Assembly: GCA_964587835.1 (NCBI GenBank)
Contig: CAZPMN010000001.1
Coordinates: forward strand, 22,232-86,231
DNA from: an uncultured bacterium
GTDB taxonomy: Bacteria; Auribacterota; Erginobacteria; Erginobacterales; Erginobacteraceae
Reading direction: 5' to 3'
DNA: 64,000 bases
Shown here: positions 1-10,158 of the stretch, piece by piece
Numbering within the stretch: the stretch's first letter is position 1
Layout: each line of letters opens with the position of its first letter
The notes under the pieces: model-generated
Seen by the model: only the letters and a program-made list of their open reading frames with translations
What the model was told of the DNA's origin: nothing
Databases searched by the model: none
Translations under genes and position numbers: made by a program

Positions 1-312
1 CGGGAACGGGGCGTGCCCCTGGAGATCTGTCTGACCAGCAACGTCCAGACCCGGACCGTTCCCGACCTCGCTTCCCACCCGGTCCGGCGTCTTTACGACT
101 ACGGGATCCAACTCTCGCTTAATACCGACGACCCCGCCATCTGCGATACCACCTTCTCCCGGGAACTGCTCCTGGCGATGGAGTATTTCGATTTCAGTCT
201 CGACCAGATCAAGGGACTGATGCTGGGCGCCCTCGACCAGTCGTTTTTCGAGCCTTACCGGAAACAACGAATCCGCGAACGCCTGGAGAAGGAACTGGCC
301 GCCTTTCCATGA
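1..312 (+). CDS. add: Adenosine deaminase family, C-terminal part (5' truncated by window)
   Basis: Frame open from base 1; PLEICLTSN and SLNTDDP motifs. Confidence 0.85.
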   Translation, partial: RERGVPLEICLTSNVQTRTVPDLASHPVRRLYDYGIQLSLNTDDPAICDTTFSRELLLAMEYFDFSLDQIKGLMLGALDQSFFEPYRKQRIRERLEKELAAFP

Positions 313-1319
313 TCCGGTACCTGCTGAAAAGGCTGCTGGTCGCGGTTCCCACCCTGGTCGGCATTACCCTGATCACCTTCATTCTGGTCAAGAATATACC
401 CGGAGACCCGATCCATGCGCTGGTCGGGGAGAGGACCTCGGCCGAGGTGATCGAACGCCACCGGACCCGCCTGGGCCTCGACCGCCCCTTCCTGGTGCAG
501 TACGGAAAATTCCTGGGCAATATCCTGCCCCTTAATATTCCGCCTTGCGTCACCGGGGAAGAGGCCGCCGGCGCGGGACGGCGGATTTCGATCTTCAAGG
601 TTCCCTACCTCGGCCGCTCCTACTTCACCGGCAGCCCGGTCAGCCAGATGATCCTGGAGAAGCTCCCGGCCACCGCCCGACTGGCGCTGGGAGCGATGCT
701 GGTGGCCATCCTCTTCGGTCTCGGACTGGGGATGGTCTCCGCCCTCCGGCCGGGAAGTTTCTGGGACCGCCTCTGTTCCCTGCTCGCCATCGGCGGGATA
801 TCCATCCCGGTCTTCTGGGCCGGCCTGATCCTGATCATCGTTTTCGCCTATCACCTGGGCTGGTTCCCCCCCTCGGGGATGGGTTCCGGGGGGCTGATCT
901 TCCTGGTCCTGCCCGCGATCACTCTCGGATCCCGCTCGGCGGCCTACCTGGCGCGGATCACCCGGACCAGTATGCTGGAAGCCGCCGGGTCCGACCATGT
1001 CATCACCGCTCGAGCCAAGGGTCTCTCCCGCTTCCGGGTGGTCCGACGGCATATCTTCCGCAACTCCCTGATTCCGATCGTGACCCTGGCCGGTCTGGAC
1101 TTCGGCTCCTACCTCAACGGGGCGGTCCTGACCGAGACCATCTTCTCCTGGGACGGAGTGGGGCGGCTGGCGATGAACGCCATCCTCCAGCGGGATTACC
1201 CGGTCATCATCGGCTGCGTCCTTTTCGGAGCGGTCATCTTTGTCGCCGCCAACATCCTGGTCGATCTCTCCTACGCCTTGATCGATCCAAGGATCAGGAT
1301 GGGGAATAGTAATCAGTAA
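309..1319 (+). CDS. Peptide/nickel ABC transporter permease (DppB/OppB type)
   Basis: PGDP N-terminal motif, EAA-like [11 protein letters not shown] loop, multiple TM segments; last residues (NSNQ*) come from the heptamer tract. Confidence 0.9.
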   Translation: MIRYLLKRLLVAVPTLVGITLITFILVKNIPGDPIHALVGERTSAEVIERHRTRLGLDRPFLVQYGKFLGNILPLNIPPCVTGEEAAGAGRRISIFKVPYLGRSYFTGSPVSQMILEKLPATARLALGAMLVAILFGLGLGMVSALRPGSFWDRLCSLLAIGGISIPVFWAGLILIIVFAYHLGWFPPSGMGSGGLIFLVLPAITLGSRSAAYLARITRTSMLEAAGSDHVITARAKGLSRFRVVRRHIFRNSLIPIVTLAGLDFGSYLNGAVLTETIFSWDGVGRLAMNAILQRDYPVIIGCVLFGAVIFVAANILVDLSYALIDPRIRMGNSNQ

Positions 1320-1405
1320 TCAGTAAGCAGTAAGCAGTAAGCAGTAAGCGGTAAGCGGTAATCAGTAAGCAGTAAGCAGTGAGCGGTAAGCGGTAAGCAG
1401 TGATC
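1308..1405. repeat. Tandem heptamer tract, 14 units of RGT(A/G)A(G/T)C
   Basis: AGTAATC x2, AGTAAGC x4, GGTAAGC, GGTAATC, AGTAAGC x2, AGTGAGC, GGTAAGC x2, AGTGATC read directly. Confidence 0.97.
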
Positions 1406-2233
1406 AGAACGGTGATGAAGTTCTTGAAAAATAGGAAAATCGCCGCGGCGTCCGCGGTCTTTCTTCTCCTGATGGTTCTGGCGGCGCTGCTGGCCCCGTT
1501 GCTCGCTCCCTTCGATCCGAACGGGATCGACCTCGATCGGGTGAGCCAATCGCCCTCCCGCCGTCACCTCTTCGGGACCGACGAGAAGGGTCGGGATATT
1601 TTCAGCCGGGTCCTCTACGGTGCCCGGCTCTCTCTCCTGATCGGGGGAGCAGCCACCGCCGTCTCCCTGGTCATCGGGGCCGCCGTCGGCCTCCTGGGGG
1701 GATATTTCTCCGGCCCGGTCGATTCCTTCTTCGGGATGATTACGGACATCACCCTGGCCTTCCCCGGACTGCTCCTGGCGATCGGGATCACGATCGTCCT
1801 CCCCCCCGGTCTTCTTTCGGTCCTGGCCGCCCTTTCCCTGGTCGGCTGGTCCTCGATCGCCCGGGTGATCCGGGGAGAGACCCTCTCCCTGAAGCGGCGG
1901 GAGTTCGTGGAGGCGGGGAGAGCGGGGGGAGCTTCCCATTTCCGGATCATGTTTCGCCATCTCCTCCCCAACTGCCTGCCCCTGATCCTGGTGGTGGCCA
2001 GCCTCAAGGTCGGTTCCTTCATTCTCGCCGAGTCGGCGCTCAGTTTCCTTGATCTCGGCGTTCGCCCCCCGGCCGCCGCCTGGGGGTTCATGATCAGCGC
2101 CGGCCGGGAATACCTGAAGACCGCCCCCTGGATTTCCTTCTTCCCCGGCCTGGCCCTGGCCCTGACCGTGATCGCTTGCAACCTGCTCGGTGACGCCGCC
2201 CGGGATTTCCTCGACCCCCGGATGAAGGTGTAG
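1400..2233 (+). CDS. Peptide ABC transporter permease (DppC/OppC type); start may be ATG 1415
   Basis: [46 protein letters not shown]. Confidence 0.9.
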   Translation: MIRTVMKFLKNRKIAAASAVFLLLMVLAALLAPLLAPFDPNGIDLDRVSQSPSRRHLFGTDEKGRDIFSRVLYGARLSLLIGGAATAVSLVIGAAVGLLGGYFSGPVDSFFGMITDITLAFPGLLLAIGITIVLPPGLLSVLAALSLVGWSSIARVIRGETLSLKRREFVEAGRAGGASHFRIMFRHLLPNCLPLILVVASLKVGSFILAESALSFLDLGVRPPAAAWGFMISAGREYLKTAPWISFFPGLALALTVIACNLLGDAARDFLDPRMKV

Positions 2234-2234
2234 G

Positions 2235-4220
2235 ATGTCCCCGGAGAAGAAAAAATACGGTCTGAAACGGATCGCCCCCCGGGTCGAGATCGATTACGAC
2301 AAGGAACTCAACCCCCAGCAGCGGGAGGCGGTGCTCGCCCCCGACGGACCGGCTCTGGTCATCGCCGGGGCCGGGAGCGGGAAGACCCGGATCGTCACCT
2401 ATCGGGTCGCCCATCTTTTAGAGCGGGGTATCCGGCCGGAAGAAATCCTGCTTTTGACCTTTACCAAGAAGGCGGCTGAGGAAATGCTCCGCCGGGTCGG
2501 CGATCTCATCCCGGCCGACCTATCCCGGCTCTGGGGAGGGACCTTCCATCACGTCGGCAACCGGGTTCTGCGGAGGCACGCCGAGCTGCTCGGCTTCCGG
2601 CCGAATTACACCATCCTCGACAAGGAGGATTCCCGGGTTCTTTTGGAGGCTTCGGCCCGGGAGATCGGGATCGACACCCGGGGCAAACTCTTTCCCGGGG
2701 GAAGGGTGCTGACGGAGATCATCGGTTACGGCCGGAACACCGGGATCGAGATCTCCGAGGCGGTGGAAGTCAAGGCCTCCCACTTCAGCGAGCTCTCCAC
2801 CCAGATCGAGCGGGTGGCCAAACGCTACCACCAGCGGAAGCGGGACTTGAACTATCTCGACTTCGACGATCTCCTCCTCTTCTTCGAGGAACTCCTCTCC
2901 CGCCACCCCGAGGTCGCCGATCTTTACCGGGGCCGGTTCAAGCATATCCTGGTCGACGAATACCAGGATACCAACCTCATCCAGGCCCGGATCGTCGACT
3001 TGCTCGGCGGAGGGCATGGAAATATAATGGTGGTGGGGGACGATTCCCAGTCGATTTACTCCTTCCGGGGCGCGCTCTTCCGCAATATCCGCGACTTTCC
3101 CCGCCAGTACCCCGGCTGCCGGACCTTCACGGTGGAGACCAACTATCGCTCCACCCCGGAGATCCTCGGTTTCGCCAACCGGGTGATCCAGCGGGCCGAG
3201 GACTCCTTCCGCAAGACCCTCCGCCCGGTGCAGAGACCGGGAGGACTCCCCGCCCTAATCCAGGTGGGCGACATCTACGAGCAGGCGGACTTTGTCGCCC
3301 AGCGGATCACGGAACTGATCGACGAGGGGACCAACCCCTCGGGGATCGCCGTCCTTTATCGTTCGCATTACCACTCGATGGAGGTCCAGATGGAGCTGGC
3401 CCGGCGAGAGATCCCCTTCACCGTCCGCTCCGGAGTGCGTTTTTTCGAACAGGCCCATATCAAGGACGTTCTCTCCTACCTCAAGGTGATCGACAATCCC
3501 CTCGACGAAATCGCCTGGAAACGGATCCTGGTCCGGCTTCCCCGGATCGGTCCCCGGACGGCGGAGAAGATCTGGGCCGCCCTGCTCCGGATTCCCGAAC
3601 CGTTAACCGGTTTGGGAAAACCACCGGTCTCGGAGATCGTCCCCGCCGGCGCCCGGACGGGGTGGGAGGATTTCCGGACCACCATTGAAAAGTTGCGGGA
3701 ACTCGCTTCCCGGGGGCCCTCCCCGTTGATCGAGGCGGTCCTGGAGAGCGGTTACAATTCCTACCTGAAGAGCCAGTTCGCCAACTACGAGCGCCGCCGG
3801 GAGGATCTTATCCAGCTGGCCCGCTACGCCGCACGCTACGAGGACCTGGAACAGTACCTGGACGAGCTGGCGATGATCGGCGGACTGGCGGTCGAGGAGG
3901 TTGAACCGGGGCTGCCCCGGGAGATGGTAGTGCTCAGTACCGTGCACCAGGCCAAGGGACTGGAGTGGGACGCGGTCTTCTTGATCTGGCTGGCGGAAGG
4001 GAAGTTTCCCGTCGCCGCCAGTTTCGGCGATGCGGCCGCCCTGGAGGAGGAGAGGCGGCTTTTCTATGTGGCCGCCACCCGCTGCCGCCGCGAGCTCTAT
4101 CTGCTCCATCCCCTGAACCAGCGCGGCCATTCCGGCCTGGAGACCCTCCAGAGACCGTCGAGGTTTCTCACCGAACTCCCCCCGGACTGCTATGAGCAAT
4201 GGGAGATATATGATATATAG
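2235..4220 (+). CDS. pcrA: UvrD/PcrA-family ATP-dependent DNA helicase
   Basis: AGAGSGKT Walker A, DEYQDTN, STVHQAKGLEW, EERRLFYVAATR. Confidence 0.9.
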   Translation: MSPEKKKYGLKRIAPRVEIDYDKELNPQQREAVLAPDGPALVIAGAGSGKTRIVTYRVAHLLERGIRPEEILLLTFTKKAAEEMLRRVGDLIPADLSRLWGGTFHHVGNRVLRRHAELLGFRPNYTILDKEDSRVLLEASAREIGIDTRGKLFPGGRVLTEIIGYGRNTGIEISEAVEVKASHFSELSTQIERVAKRYHQRKRDLNYLDFDDLLLFFEELLSRHPEVADLYRGRFKHILVDEYQDTNLIQARIVDLLGGGHGNIMVVGDDSQSIYSFRGALFRNIRDFPRQYPGCRTFTVETNYRSTPEILGFANRVIQRAEDSFRKTLRPVQRPGGLPALIQVGDIYEQADFVAQRITELIDEGTNPSGIAVLYRSHYHSMEVQMELARREIPFTVRSGVRFFEQAHIKDVLSYLKVIDNPLDEIAWKRILVRLPRIGPRTAEKIWAALLRIPEPLTGLGKPPVSEIVPAGARTGWEDFRTTIEKLRELASRGPSPLIEAVLESGYNSYLKSQFANYERRREDLIQLARYAARYEDLEQYLDELAMIGGLAVEEVEPGLPREMVVLSTVHQAKGLEWDAVFLIWLAEGKFPVAASFGDAAALEEERRLFYVAATRCRRELYLLHPLNQRGHSGLETLQRPSRFLTELPPDCYEQWEIYDI

Positions 4221-4307
4221 TCAGGCGGGATCCTGAGGAAACCAGATGAGCCCCCCGGCTCTCGTATCCCGGGGGGGACGGCCGACCGTTAAACCGAGGG
4301 CAAGAGA

Positions 4308-5462
4308 GTGACAACCAGATCCAGAAAAATATTGATCTTCTCCGGCCTCGGACTGCTGGGTCTGCTGGCCTGGATCGGGTTCAATACCAGCCATATCTGG
4401 CGGGATTATCTCTTCGGTCCGCCGGTTCGCTTCCGGGAGAATCGGGAGATCACGGTCGCCCTCTATCCGGGGGGTGCTCCGGTGGCGGCGGTTCTGACCA
4501 ACGACGATTTCTCCGCGGCTACCCCTTTGGAGCTGGTCGAGCGCCTCCGTCGGGTTTTGCAGCAGATGGAGGTTCAGGGGACCTTCTTCGTCATCCCCGA
4601 CCATCTCGGCCAGTACCCCTTGACCGCCGGGAGTCCGGCGGTGGAGATGCTGGAAAAACTCCAGCGGGACGGCCACGAAATCGCCCAGCACGGCTGCTAC
4701 CACTACAGTGAGAAGAACCGGGGACATTCGGTCAAAATGGGAGCGGAGATGGCCTTTCTCTCCGAAGAAGAGCAGTACCGGGTTATCTCCCGGGGCCGCC
4801 AAATTCTGACCGACCTCGGATTTCCTCCCCGGGGGCACCGCAGTCCTTGCTTCTCCGGCAACCGGCGGACCTTCCGGGTCCTTGATCGCCTCGGCTTTCT
4901 CTACGGATCGGACCTCGATCTCCCCCCGACCACCATGAAGACCATTCTATTTCCCTCCCTGAAACGGCGATTGATGTATCCCTCCCATCCGGAGGGCTTA
5001 AGCCTGCTCGAGATTAACTCCCAGACCGATCCCACCGTCAGGGAGAAGAAGGCGGTCAGGGTATTCCGCCGGTACCGGAAGGGGGAAGGGGTTTTCGCCT
5101 TTCTCACCCACCTGCCCGGGATCGCTGAACCGAAGAACCTGCAGCGCCTGGAGCGATTCATCCTGATGCTTAAGGATGAGGGGGCCTGGTTCTGCACGAT
5201 GGCGGAACTGAGCGAATGGTGGACGGCCCGTGAGGCGGTCGTCTTCCGGACCGAGCGGGAAGGGGATACCCTGGTAATCCACTGTGAAAACCTGACCCCC
5301 TACGCTCTCGATGGTCTTCAGATCACCGTCAAGGATCCCGGGTCCCGGCGCTACCGGCTGGTCCCCCGCCCAGCCGGGGAGACCCGGGAAGGAGAGATCC
5401 CCGCTTCCCGGGTGATCTCGGTGACGATACCGGCTCTCACCAGTTATCAACAGTCGGAATAG
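4308..5462 (+). CDS. Membrane-anchored polysaccharide deacetylase (NodB/CE4-like fold)
   Basis: N-terminal TM, NDD, EIAQHGCYH and RSPCF motifs. Confidence 0.7.
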   Translation: MTTRSRKILIFSGLGLLGLLAWIGFNTSHIWRDYLFGPPVRFRENREITVALYPGGAPVAAVLTNDDFSAATPLELVERLRRVLQQMEVQGTFFVIPDHLGQYPLTAGSPAVEMLEKLQRDGHEIAQHGCYHYSEKNRGHSVKMGAEMAFLSEEEQYRVISRGRQILTDLGFPPRGHRSPCFSGNRRTFRVLDRLGFLYGSDLDLPPTTMKTILFPSLKRRLMYPSHPEGLSLLEINSQTDPTVREKKAVRVFRRYRKGEGVFAFLTHLPGIAEPKNLQRLERFILMLKDEGAWFCTMAELSEWWTAREAVVFRTEREGDTLVIHCENLTPYALDGLQITVKDPGSRRYRLVPRPAGETREGEIPASRVISVTIPALTSYQQSE

Positions 5463-5492
5463 AATTCGTCCGCCGGACCGCCGGCTGATGGG

Positions 5493-6047
5493 ATGGATTT
5501 AGTCGACTTCAGGGAGGTCTACGAACGTTACGGCCCGCTGGCCTGGTCGATGATCGCCCGGGTGGGGGTTCCGGAGCGGGACCGGGAAGATGTGTTTATG
5601 GAGTCGTGGGAAGCGGTGTACTCCTCTCGGGAGGCCTTCTCCGGCCGTTCGAGTCTTGCCACCTGGATCGGTAAAATCGTCCGCAACAAGGCGGTCGACC
5701 GGGTCCGGAAGAATGTTTCCCGGCCTCTGGCCGACACCGATCTCCTCCGTCGCGTCGAAGCGGCCCCGGGCAAGGCGGATCCCGGGCCGGGGCGCTCGGC
5801 GGTCCGCCAGGAGGCGAGGGAACTGCTGGATAAATTTCTCCGGGGTCTGCCGGCGGGGAGGAGATTGATCGTCGAACGGTGGCTGGAGGGTATGAGTTAC
5901 CGGGAGATTTCCGTTGAGGTCGCCGCCGTCCGCGGTCGAAAGGCGGATACCAACTATGTGGGCAAGGAACTATATCTGGCCAAGTCCCGGCTGGCGGGGA
6001 TGCTGGCCGCGGCGGGGATAAATTCGCTGGAAGATATCTGGGAATAA
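5493..6047 (+). CDS. ECF sigma-70 family RNA polymerase sigma factor
   Basis: REDVFMESW region 2, FSGRSSLATWIGKIVRNKAVD, EGMSYREI region 4. Confidence 0.85.
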   Translation: MDLVDFREVYERYGPLAWSMIARVGVPERDREDVFMESWEAVYSSREAFSGRSSLATWIGKIVRNKAVDRVRKNVSRPLADTDLLRRVEAAPGKADPGPGRSAVRQEARELLDKFLRGLPAGRRLIVERWLEGMSYREISVEVAAVRGRKADTNYVGKELYLAKSRLAGMLAAAGINSLEDIWE

Positions 6048-6106
6048 ATCCGGTCCCGGATCCGACTGTCAGGTAGGAGCAGGGTCGGAAATATGGGGAT
6101 GCTCTT

Positions 6107-6751
6107 ATGCAGGATCACCCTTCACGAGATATAATCAGCCGCTACCTGGACGGGGAACTCGATCCCGGCTTTGTTTCCCGGCTCGAGGCCCACCTCGAGT
6201 CCTGCCCCCGCTGCCGGAAGGCAGCCCAGGAACTGGAGCGGGCGGGGGATTTTATTCGCCTGGTATCCGCCGCGAATTCTTCCCCCCCCGCCCGCCTTGA
6301 CCGGATGATCAGGGAGAAGTTCGTTCTTCCGATGCCGGAAGTCTTTCTCGGAGTAATTAAATTCAACCTCTCCCGGTCAAATCGGGTTTCCGGGCCAGGA
6401 TCCGGTCCGGCCCCGGCCATTGCCGCCGAACCGCCGGCCGATTATGTTGCCGGTTCGCCCCCCGCCGCTCCCCGCCGCTTCCGCCGGACCTTCTCCGCCG
6501 AGGGGATCACGGCGGCGGTCGAGATATCTCGCCAGGAGGATGGTTCCGCCGCCTGCCGTATTACTATCCGCGACCGGTCGGGAAGACCGATCGACGGGGT
6601 GGAGATCCGGCTGGAGCAGGCCGCCCGCCCGCCTAAGACTGATCTTACCGGCGGGGAAGGCGGGGTCTTCATCACCCATCTCCGCCCCGGTCGCTACTCC
6701 CTGCGGATCGGGTCCGGCCCGACCTACGGCCTGACCCTCGTCCTTAGCTGA
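6107..6751 (+). CDS. Zinc-binding anti-sigma (zf-HC2) with C-terminal carboxypeptidase-regulatory-like beta-sandwich
   Basis: YLDGEL...HLESCPRC (HxxxCxxC); adjacent to ECF; no TM helix seen. Confidence 0.75.
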   Translation: MQDHPSRDIISRYLDGELDPGFVSRLEAHLESCPRCRKAAQELERAGDFIRLVSAANSSPPARLDRMIREKFVLPMPEVFLGVIKFNLSRSNRVSGPGSGPAPAIAAEPPADYVAGSPPAAPRRFRRTFSAEGITAAVEISRQEDGSAACRITIRDRSGRPIDGVEIRLEQAARPPKTDLTGGEGGVFITHLRPGRYSLRIGSGPTYGLTLVLS

Positions 6752-6840
6752 ATTCCGTCAACCGAAAAAGAGAGGGGCAAATGGATTCGGATAAGCTCAG
6801 ACCACAGGCCGTCGTTAGCCGGGAGAGGCTTTTGAGATAA

Positions 6841-7515
6841 ATGAAGAAGGCCAAAGTCATCATCCACAGTTCAGTCAGCCTCGACGGCTCCCTGCTTGGC
6901 TTCGAGGTGGATATGCACACCCACTACGGGATCGTCGCCAGCTACCAGGCCGAGGTCCACCTGGTCGGCTCCAACACCGCTCGGGAGGGCCTGAAGATGT
7001 TCTGTCCCGAGATCCCCCCGGAGGAAGACGGGGACTTCACCAGGCCCGAGCGGGACCGGAAGCTGCCGCTCTGGGTGATCCCGGATACCCGCGGGCAGAT
7101 GCTGGGCCTGCTTCACGTCCTGCGGAGGTTCGAGCTGATCCGGGACATCCTGGTCATCATCTCGAGCGATACCTCGCCGGAATATGTGGATTACCTGCGG
7201 GAGCGCGATTACGGCTTCCGCGTGGTCGACCGGCCGGTCGATTACGGTGAGATTATTGAATTTTTGGCGGCGGAGCATAAGGCGAAGAAGATCCTCACCG
7301 ACACCGGGAAGATCCTCAACTGCATCCTGCTCAACCGCGGCCTGGTTGACGAGGTCAGCCTGCTGGTCCATCCGCTTATCGTCGGGGGAAAGCAGTACCC
7401 TCTCCTGGGAGAAGTGGCCGAGAACATATCCTTGAGCCTGGTCAAGAACGAAGCGATGGGCCCAGACAAGGTCTGGCTGGTTTACCGGGTGGTCAATACT
7501 CAGAGCGACAGATAG
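6841..7515 (+). CDS. RibD C-terminal / dihydrofolate-reductase-like protein
   Basis: HSSVSLDGS start, GLVDEVSLLVHPLIVGG. Confidence 0.75.
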   Translation: MKKAKVIIHSSVSLDGSLLGFEVDMHTHYGIVASYQAEVHLVGSNTAREGLKMFCPEIPPEEDGDFTRPERDRKLPLWVIPDTRGQMLGLLHVLRRFELIRDILVIISSDTSPEYVDYLRERDYGFRVVDRPVDYGEIIEFLAAEHKAKKILTDTGKILNCILLNRGLVDEVSLLVHPLIVGGKQYPLLGEVAENISLSLVKNEAMGPDKVWLVYRVVNTQSDR

Positions 7516-7573
7516 GGGAACTTGTCATAAATAGGAGAGCCTGAGCTTGCCGGGCTGAAAGGGAAAGGAGACG

Positions 7574-7853
7574 ATGGTAGTGACCGAGCGGAAACCGAGA
7601 CAGTATTTTATGGAACATCCCCAGATGGACTTCGAGGTCCAGGTCATCCTGGGCGGCTGCCATTACGGCGCGGCCGACGCCGGGGAAGTTCTGGCCCGGG
7701 CAGTCCCGGGAGGTCTACTAAGCCCTGAGCTGCCCGAGGACGATCGCCCCCTTCACGGCCGCCGAGGGGGCCAACTGGCACTGCCAGCCCAAGGCCCGTG
7801 GGCTTTACGACCAGCGGATGTTCGACTGGCTGGACTCCGTGATGCCGGCCTGA
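7574..7853 (+). pseudogene. Internally deleted alpha/beta-hydrolase relic
   Basis: N-terminus (DFEVQVILGGCHYGAADAGEVLA) joined out of frame to a C-terminus (FWPGQSREVY*ALSCPRT..FTAAEGANWHCQPKARGLYDQRMFDWLDSVMPA*); SD AAGGAG before 7574. Confidence 0.75.
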
Positions 7854-7931
7854 CCGGAACCCGGCCGCAACTAACCCCGGCCGGGAGGCCGGTCTAGGGG
7901 ACTCTGTCAAGATCAACGCTTTCCCGGCTCG

Positions 7932-8986
7932 ATGAGGAAAAACGCAGCAGTCGCGGCCGCGATTCTGGCGGCCCTGATCTGGCTGATCCCCCTCCCGGTC
8001 GAGACGGCCTGGCCGCTCTTCAACTTCCTTGCGATCTACCTCTCCGCCTTCATCCTCTTCCGTCTCCTCGAGGGGGAGAGCGGTTCTCCGAAGGCGGCCG
8101 GGCTGGGGGTCTTCTTCTTTCTCTTCTCCTGGGTCAACGTCCGGTTCGCCTTCTTCTATCCCTTCCAGATCGACTCCGCCTATTTCCTGTTCCTGGTTTT
8201 GGCGTTTTGGTCACTCCTTGGAGAAGGGACGGGCTCTTCCTCTTGTCCCTCTGCCTGGCGGCCCTGACCCGGGAATATTTTCTCGCCCTGATCCCGGCCT
8301 ATTATCTCTGCCGCCGGGAACGTCCGGGAGCGGTCGATCTTCCGGCCCTCCGCCGCACCGTCCTGATCTCCCTCCTCCCCCTGGTTCTGTTTATCCTTCC
8401 CCGGCTGTTGATCGCTCCCGCCAACCGGGATTTCAATTATCTCGCCCACGGCGGGGAGTTTCTCCGGCTCACCGTTATTCACTGGAGGCGGACCCTCTAC
8501 TCTTTCGCCAATATTTACGGGGCATCTCTCTTTATCATCTTCCTCCATCCGCGGACCGTCTTTCGTTACCTGAGGAACCGGTCCGGGGTCGCGGTATATA
8601 TCCCGCTCTGGTTCCTCTTCCTGGTCATCGGGGGGGCCGATCTCGACCGGATCAACTTCATCGGTTTCCCGGTGGTGGCGCTGCTGACCGCGGCGGCGGT
8701 CGCCTCCCGCCCCGATCTCTACCGGAACAAGTTCCTGTTCTCCTACCTCGCCGCCGCCCATCTCCTGCTGATGCGGAACTTCACCCGGATCGGCCCGGAA
8801 CCGGACAACTGGCGGCGGCTCTGGTGGAGTTCGATCAGTTTTATGCCCGAGGAGGTCTTTCGGTCCTACCGCCTGCTGTTTATAGCCCTGCTGGCCGGAT
8901 TTCTCCTCCTGGCCCTTCTGGTCTCCTTCCTCCAGCGCCGCCGGGGCCGTATTTCAACCTTGCCCGACCGGTCCCCCGTGCTATAA
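7932..8986 (+). pseudogene. Frameshifted polytopic membrane protein (GT-C-like), split as 7932-8267 and 8207-8986
   Basis: Two overlapping hydrophobic ORFs that read continuously if the frame shifts near 8215-8225; ALTRE motif after a TM helix. Confidence 0.6.
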
Positions 8987-8987
8987 T
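8979..8987 (+). promoter_or_regulatory. Extended -10 promoter for fba
   Basis: TGCTATAAT about 100 nt upstream of the fba ATG. Confidence 0.6.
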
Positions 8988-9086
8988 GACCGAAAAGTCG
9001 GACAGTTCCGATTGGTCCGGCTCATCAGACTCCCCCGTGCCGGTCCCGTGTTGCCGGCTCAACCAGATCAAGAAAGGAGAAAAACA

Positions 9087-10037
9087 ATGATCGTGTCAAC
9101 CAAGGAGCTCTTCGAGCACGCCTATGGCAACTACGCCCTGGGCGCCTACAACATCAACAACGCCGAGCAGATCATGGGGCTCTTCCAGGGGAATCTGGAC
9201 AGCTCGGCCCCCTTCATCATCCAGATTTCCAAGGGAGCCCGCTCCTACACCGACAAGCGGCTGCTGGAGGCGATGATTCGGGCGGCCGACGAGATCTTCC
9301 CCACCGCCATCTACGCCGTCCACCTCGATCACGGTGACGAGCAGGCCTGTATGGACTGCATCGAGAGCGGTTTCTACAGCTCGGTGATGATCGACGCCAG
9401 TTCGAAGGAGTTCGAGGAGAACATCGCCATCACCAGGCGGGTGGTGGAGGCGGCCCACGCCCGGGGGATTGCCGTGGAGGCCGAATTGGGTACCCTGGGC
9501 GGGGTCGAGGAGCACGTCTCGGTCTCCGAGGAGAACGCCAACCTCACCGATCCGAAGGAAGCCGAGGAATTCGTCAAGCAGACCGGCTGCGATAGTCTGG
9601 CCTGCGCCTTCGGGACCAGCCACGGGGCTTACAAGTTCTCCGGTTCCCAGGGGCTCCATTTCGAGATCATCAGGGGAATCCAGGAACGCCTTGCCGGGTT
9701 CCCGATCGTGATGCACGGCTCCAGCTCCGTTCCCCAGGACGAGGTGAAACGGATCAACGCCGCCGGGGGAGAGCTGAAAGGAGCCAAGGGGGTGGACGAG
9801 GATCAGATCAGCCAGGCGGCGAAGATGGGGGTGACCAAGGTCAACATCGACACCGACGGCCGCCTGGTCTGGTGCCGGGTCCACCGGGAGTACTTCCGGG
9901 ATCATCCCGAGGTCTTTGACCTCCGCAAGCCGGGCGAGGTTTTTATGGGAGAATATGCCAAGTACATCGCTCACAAGAACGAGGTCCTGGGCAGCGCCGG
10001 GCAGCTGGAGGAAGTGCGGAAGATCCTGAAGAAGTAG
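9087..10037 (+). CDS. fba: Class II fructose-1,6-bisphosphate aldolase
   Basis: HLDHG, SSVMIDAS, VEAELG, GTSHGAYK, HGSSSV, KVNIDTD; SD AAGGAG. Confidence 0.95.
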   Translation: MIVSTKELFEHAYGNYALGAYNINNAEQIMGLFQGNLDSSAPFIIQISKGARSYTDKRLLEAMIRAADEIFPTAIYAVHLDHGDEQACMDCIESGFYSSVMIDASSKEFEENIAITRRVVEAAHARGIAVEAELGTLGGVEEHVSVSEENANLTDPKEAEEFVKQTGCDSLACAFGTSHGAYKFSGSQGLHFEIIRGIQERLAGFPIVMHGSSSVPQDEVKRINAAGGELKGAKGVDEDQISQAAKMGVTKVNIDTDGRLVWCRVHREYFRDHPEVFDLRKPGEVFMGEYAKYIAHKNEVLGSAGQLEEVRKILKK

Positions 10038-10057
10038 CCGAACCGGCGGAGGACAAG

Positions 10058-10094
10058 AAAGCCCGGCGGTCCGTGCAGGCGGCGCCGGGCTTTT
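10058..10094 (+). terminator. Rho-independent terminator
   Basis: AAAGCCCGGCG...CGCCGGGCTTTT stem after fba stop. Confidence 0.75.
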
Positions 10095-10158
10095 GGTTCC
10101 ACCAGGCTCGACCGGGGTTGATATATCGGGGAGCAAAGAGTCTCACTGGGATCTGGAG

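Noticed and set aside
6041-6067. ECF promoter GGAATA-N16-CGACT before the anti-sigma
   Set aside because: No matching copy upstream of the sigma gene; too weak to call
7574-7897. Intact 107-aa gene
   Set aside because: The second half is the wrong frame of a deleted hydrolase
8205-8230. Programmed ribosomal frameshift
   Set aside because: No slippery heptamer or clear stimulatory structure
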